The notes under the pieces were generated by a model, which saw nothing but the letters and a program-made list of their open reading frames with translations, did no database searches and was not told where the DNA came from. A stretch of 55,097 nucleotides of DNA. Source: Phoronis australis (lineage: Eukaryota > Animalia > Phoronida). Location: assembly GCA_002633005.1 (NCBI GenBank), contig NMRA01000545.1, forward strand, positions 36,654-91,750. Reading direction: 5' to 3'. This document shows positions 50,073 to 55,097 of the stretch, piece after piece; within the stretch, counting starts at the first letter, position 1; the number at the start of each line of letters is the position of its first letter. Made by a program: the position numbers and the translations under genes.

Positions 50073-51161
50073 TACGAAAATTGGTATCAATGTGTTCTTA
50101 CTAGGACGAGGCCGGGATAGCTGACCATGGTTTTCTTACAGTTCCAACTTACTGTGGCAGTTCCTGTTAAACCATTTACAGGATTTTTGTGAAATTTTTC
50201 TGATTTGTTCCTATGTAGCTGAAAAAGGGGTGATGACGAGTTTCAAACTAATCCGCTGACCGTTGGCTGTCTTCTTACATTTATCTATGTATCTTTAGAG
50301 TTCTTTGATTTCTGAAATTCGCCAATGCATTTCTGTAACCCTGAAGGCGACAGTACCTTTCCATTTTGGGACAGATTTGACAATTTCTACTCTGCCTTAA
50401 AATTGGCTATCTTTAGTATTCTGAGTTGTCTGCCACTGACTGTACTTGTTCAACTTCTCAAAGGACTGTTATGATAATTGGCACAATGTGTGTGCTGGCA
50501 AGGGCACGACTAACGTGAGTTTTCAGATGAGTCCAACCACTGTGGTATCCTTTAGTGACTTTTTCAATTTGTGTCTTTATCTAGTTTTGGAAGTTTAACA
50601 AATGAGTTCCTCCTTGACAACAGATGGACAAATTAGACAGCCGCTTGCCTCCAAATGCAAATTTTTTTTCACCTTTGTAATTTTTGGAGGTCCGTGAGGA
50701 TCTTCATGAAATTTAGCAGATTACTTTCTATTTGGAGACAACGACGCCTTCTGAAGCATTCTGTGCCATCTGATGGTTTAATAAACACCCCTAAAAGCAT
50801 ACTATTTGCTGTGCAGTCTTGGACGCATTTCAATGCTCCATGTTGCTCTCGTACCGCATGCTACAAATGTGGACTCCTTAACCGTGAACTTAACGACTTC
50901 TGTACTACGGAATGCATTCCTTACATACAGAAAGGTTGGCACCTCTTGTTTTGTTACAATAAGTCAGTCTTGGACTTTCTTTTTGGCAGACAGATTTCAC
51001 CTCCTCATAAACAACGGGACATGATTGCTGGACATAGTTCAAATTTTACATCTGGTTTAGTTCACAAACAAAAAGATTTTTCAATCAACATACATCCAAC
51101 GTCTTACAATTGTGTCTGTTTTCACATAGTAACAATTTTAAGTCCAAGAATTGCGAATTAC

Positions 51162-51400
51162 CATGCAGGCGTTACAGCTGGACGATTGGTAGCTTCTGTA
51201 GGGATAGCTCCAACAGGTGTCACTACGGTTCGCGTAGCCATTGCATATATAACAAGTAATGCCACCTCCTGGACTTGGAGTAGTGTAACTTTTTGTTGCC
51301 CACCAGACGTTTCTTGTAGTCCACCAGGTGTCAGATCTCTGTGTAGTGTAACTTTCTTCTGGTCCATGTGATGAGTAAGAGCAGGCTACAGCCACTAATG
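51162..51400 (-). CDS. Ly6/uPAR (three-finger) protein, internal coding exon (start/signal exon not identified)
   Basis: TTTTCAG| (A)LVAVACSYSSHG...GGITCYICNG....DTCWSYPY....SSCNACM |GTAATT. Phase 0 joins 49222 to give a full 10-cysteine LU domain. Confidence 0.82.
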
Positions 51401-51624
51401 CTGAAAAAATAGCAGGAAATGACAACAGGACCGACACTCTTGGATTACACAGCAGCACTCGAATCTCGTATTTACCCACAATTCTGCAATTCAGTTTTAT
51501 AGACTTGTGGTTTTTGTGCTGTCTAGCACTTTTGTGGTCTTGTTTTCGCGCCATTGGAGTTCCACATGTTCTTGTAGTATTCTCCACAAATTTTTCTCAG
51601 CTGCATTACTCTCTTTGCCTTTGG

Positions 51625-51790
51625 AATGCCGATGTCAAAATATAACTGCTATGCTGTGGGATACAACTGCGACAGGACAAAGTTGAAAAAAAAACTAACA
51701 AGTATTTGTGGGTGCATGATGTAAAGTTCTTCCCGATATCAATCAAGACAAGAAAATGCAGAGCTAGTGGATAAGACAAGTTAACTTTGA
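51625..51790 (+). pseudogene. Degraded transposon-type THAP-domain fragment
   Basis: MPMSKYNCYAVG..., then after frameshifts ..VHDVKFFP.. and W-I-R-Q-V-N, the THAP FP...W...N pattern; has stops and frameshifts. Confidence 0.35.
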
Positions 51791-52434
51791 ACTGAACAGA
51801 GTACCCTTTCTTGACGACGCCCTTTCAATATCGGCACTCTGGAATGGTTGAAATCAGGATATTTCCACAGCCATACACCTCGATGGTTTATGACATGACC
51901 TGCGAAAATGTGCCTGACATTCTAAAACAAGGCACGCGTTTTCTTACCTCTGCGGCAAATGAGAATTCTTTCGCTATATAATACCGGACGACCCTAGTGT
52001 ACATGCAAGCTGCCATGTAAAGCCAAAAAACCATACAATGACAATTCTCCAATTTGGAGCAGTCTCGTGGTTGTTTCTGGTATTCTTTTCAAAACTGAGT
52101 CTGTGGTGCAGTATTTTTTAGTTGTTTACAGTACACCTCAAGTTTTTAAAAATGAAATCCAACTGAATCTTGCAAAAATTATGCGACCAAGTTCAGACGC
52201 CCCTAGACCCGGGCACTGATATGAGAGGTTCGTCACAATTTGCCTAGAAGCTGCAAAGCACATCAAACATTCCAATATATTCCATCTTATTTCAAATAAA
52301 ATATTTCTTAGTTTGATATGTTTATTTGCATTGAGTTTTTGTTATACCACCTAACATGTATTTCAACAACAGCATAATACTAAACATGAGAATAGACATA
52401 TTCACAAGATAGTGTAGACTTAATTTTCACTTGA

Positions 52435-53691
52435 AGGCGAAGGCAACCTTTTTTCATGTCATTTTTAGCAAAAATAGGGTTCGTTGACTATCCCAGACAT
52501 TCATATTTTTCACTTATTAACAGCTTTTCGTAATTTAATTAATTGCTCGTCGTCTGCTCCGGAAGTGACGTTTTGGGAGGCATGAATTTCGCGCCAATTT
52601 CTTTTCATACAGTCTGACTGTGAGAGCAGAAGAGTCAGTCGTTGTTCTACCTCGGTTGTGATGAGTTCGGTCGTCGTTTGCTTTTGTTTGTGAGCCAGTC
52701 AACATGCCGCGCTGTTGCTGTCTACCGAGATGTACTCATTATCGTCTCACGTACAGAGGAAGAACTGTCCCACTTGCCCGAGTGTCCCGCGACACACTCC
52801 CAGTGGATGGTGACTTGAGCACCCAAACTGCTTACATCCGGCTGTGCGACTCCCTCGTCACACACGTGGCACCTTCTAAATAGCTCCAATACAAGTCCAC
52901 AATAAACTTATCAAACTTAGGCTCACCGATCTGTTCATTGGATGACGAACTGTCCTTTTCACTGGGTGTCAAACTGGGCCTGTATTCACTCCCACTACTC
53001 AACATCGCTGCAGGGCTGCTTACAGGTTCTGGGCTAGAGACTACAGCACACGGGGAATCACTGCTAGTTCCTGGAATTGCATGATATGGGGTACGTTCGG
53101 AGGCATGGGTGAAAGTAGATGAAGTGCCTCCAGTCACTGTTTATAGTGGCCACAGCTCGCAAGGCTTCTCGCTTCAAAAACGGTATGGAATCCTTCTTTA
53201 GGCGTTGTTTCGCAGGGACCTTCATCAATTCAACGTACATATCTCTGTCGTAATCTGACGGCTGAAAATGCTTGCCTTTGCTTTGTACGTTGCGTGGATG
53301 GGTAGCGCTGCGTTCTTCACACGAACGAGCTAGCCAAGTACGGCGAAGTGTGTCATCCTTCGGAAAGCGATGCAAGGTACCCAAAACGCGTGTGAGACGA
53401 TAATGAGTACATCCTGGTACGCAGCAACAGCGTGGCATGTTGACTGACTCGTAAACAAAAGCGAACTTATCACATCCGAGGTAGAACAATGACTGACTTA
53501 ATAGCTCTCACAGTGTGACTGTATGGAAAGAAAGTGGCGCGAAATTCTTGCCTCCCAAAATGTCACTTCCAGAGTAGAGGACGAGAAATTAATTAAATTA
53601 CGAAAAAGCTGTAATTAAGTGAAAAATATGTCTGGGATAATCAACGGACCTTATTTTTGCTAAAAGTGATGAAAAAAGGTTTCCTTCACCT
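52435..53691 (-). mobile_element. Kolobok foldback element carrying a truncated THAP-transposase
   Basis: TTGA|AGGCGAAGGCAACC ... GGTTTCCTTCACCT|TTAA; ~300-bp inverted arms (52435-52750 and 53392-53691); THAP ORF followed by a Kolobok-type Cys/His motif. Confidence 0.85.
52757..53438 (-). pseudogene. Truncated, frameshifted Kolobok transposase N-terminus (THAP domain plus CxxC...C..GH..W motif)
   Basis: MPRCCCVPGC...LHRFPKD...RRTWL...KHFQPSDY...RLKKDSIPF (THAP), a Ser/acidic linker, EPKFDKFIV, then after a frameshift LELFRRCHVCD...GAQVTIHWECVAGHSGKWDS. No catalytic domain present. Confidence 0.8.
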
Positions 53692-54594
53692 TTAATGTGT
53701 TTTTTAATTTGTGTTTGAATTTATTAAGAAAGAAACTCTTTGCCTTAGTTAAGTCACATCAACTTATTTCACATTTCCAATAATCTTAACATAATCCTTT
53801 GTTAAAAAATGCAGTGGAGCTGACATTCTGTGTTTGTAAGGATGGTGGTACCGTGCTTCTGCCAAAGTTGTTATATCAAAGTGCATTAATTAAAGACATC
53901 TATTTCAGTCTCCATTTTCTGATTATGGTGAATTGAACAATGGAACCTGCTGTTTAGATGGCGACGTCAAAATTTTGTGAGCATCTCAATGGAACATTGT
54001 CAGTTTTATGTCTGAAAACACATTTTTGGTAATATTATTGGATGGTATAGACTTTGACCAGATTTAAAAAACAATAAAATCTGTTGTATTTTTGTGATTT
54101 TATTGGAAATTATAGATAAATTCTTTTCATTACCTGCCACACATTTATTCGCTTAACCAGAAAAATACAATGTGAGGTAAGCTCTGACAGCAGTGCATTG
54201 GGCTATGTTTGCTGCTCATTAGCTTGTGATTTCGATTCCGTGTTAAGGCTGATCTCAGATAATGAGTGCAGTTTCCGGTCAGTGTAATTTGACGAGAAAT
54301 ACTTGCATCTACTTTACTGTCCAAAACAGCGAAAAAACATTAATTTATATTAATTTCGGTATTGGAACGCTTTTCAAAGTCTTTCAATAGTAGAAGTGTT
54401 GGTATTGTGAGTACTTTTGGCAATGTTACTGGTAATTAATTTGAAAATTCAAACTTCGGTTCCGACCCTTTATGTCGTCTGCTTGCCCAATAGCAGCAGT
54501 TTTTGATTTACGGTTCACATAGGCCTATTGAGAAAACTACGAAAGCGTGTTTATAAATCAACATTCTCAAGTGAGCAGTTCTTCTGGGAAGTAA

Positions 54595-54661
54595 TGAGTG
54601 GCCCTTAAAAGGGCCGTTGGTTGTAGGTATAGCGTGAAATGGTTCTTAAAAGAACCGTTGA
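54595..54661 (-). promoter_or_regulatory. Two tandem histone-mRNA-type 3' stem-loops without a histone ORF
   Basis: TCAAC-GGTTCT-TTTA-AGAACC-ATTTC (stem-loop 54656-54641) and CCAAC-GGCCCT-TTTA-AGGGCC-ACTCA (54615-54600): 6-bp stem, 4-nt loop, canonical flanks. Confidence 0.6.
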
Positions 54662-55097
54662 ATAATTCAACATGAATCACACAGTACTGTTGCATCGTTC
54701 AGTTCTTGTTCCTGTATCCACAAATAATCCTGAACTGTAGGAAAAAATGACAAACAACACAACGAATCAAATTTCGAAAATCATCGCCTTCGTACGATTC
54801 CGTGTTGCTGTCACCAGACTGATGTTCTTCTCCAACGTCCATCGTAAAAAATCGACGTTGCAAGTGCTGGAAACTTGTCTACGCTCTCGTCCCTTGTTTC
54901 TAACCTTTAACCCATTTTTTAAAAAAGGGGTGTACTGTTTTTGTCTCATGTTGATAGTGCATAATCTATGGTTTTACAATGTATTAATCGTGTTAAATGC
55001 ATATATATGAACTGGTCTCACTGAGGTGCACAGCAAATAAATTAACTATAACAAATTAAAGTTTTGAAAATATAAAGAGCAGTAACAGACTCCCTAA

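Noticed and set aside
50102-50134. Possible extra Ly6 exon (KTMVSYPGLVL, - strand, GTAAG donor)
   Set aside because: Poor acceptor (no pyrimidine tract), and the flanking exons already join in phase to give a complete 10-Cys domain.
50655-51371. 238-aa + strand ORF
   Set aside because: No recognisable domain and no WDR24 similarity; its 3' part is the antisense of the Ly6 exon.
51948-52060. Candidate signal-peptide exon for the Ly6 gene
   Set aside because: The ATG frame ends in phase 0 at the GTAAG donor and hits a stop on joining; the more hydrophobic frame has no nearby ATG. Left unresolved.
54661-55097. Histone gene upstream of the stem-loops
   Set aside because: The ORFs here (54767-54949 -, 54747-55010 +) show no histone-like sequence.

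Overview
AT-rich, intron-containing animal genomic DNA; the gene and repeat content suggests a marine invertebrate, possibly a deuterostome (inference). It is not prokaryotic: no CRISPR, rRNA or intact tRNA is seen. Four protein-coding genes are supported. (1) A complete 9-coding-exon TPRA1/GPR175 (+, 11809-26239, 371 aa). (2) A 15-finger C2H2 zinc-finger gene (-, 32638-34977). (3) Head-to-head with it, the 5' part of the GATOR2 subunit WDR24 (+, 38534-46300, continuing past the window), whose model needs a 26-nt microexon. (4) A GPI-type Ly6/uPAR three-finger gene nested antisense in a WDR24 intron (-, 48986-51400). The rest is dense, often nested, transposon debris: Penelope-like fragments with hammerhead-like motifs, CR1/L2-type LINEs, a HERO-type RLE retrotransposon, two Kolobok-type elements (one THAP-bearing foldback), TA-flanked Tc1/mariner/pogo-type elements (one holding a 5.1-kb TIR element with unexplained cargo), hAT/Harbinger/P-like MITEs and minisatellites. 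The most unusual signals are a ~100-bp insert with two histone-type 3' stem-loops but no histone gene (54554-54673), a tandem array of duplicated splice acceptors in TPRA1 (15140-15545), and the 5.1-kb cargo element (16801-21912). All family assignments come from motif recognition by eye, not database searches.
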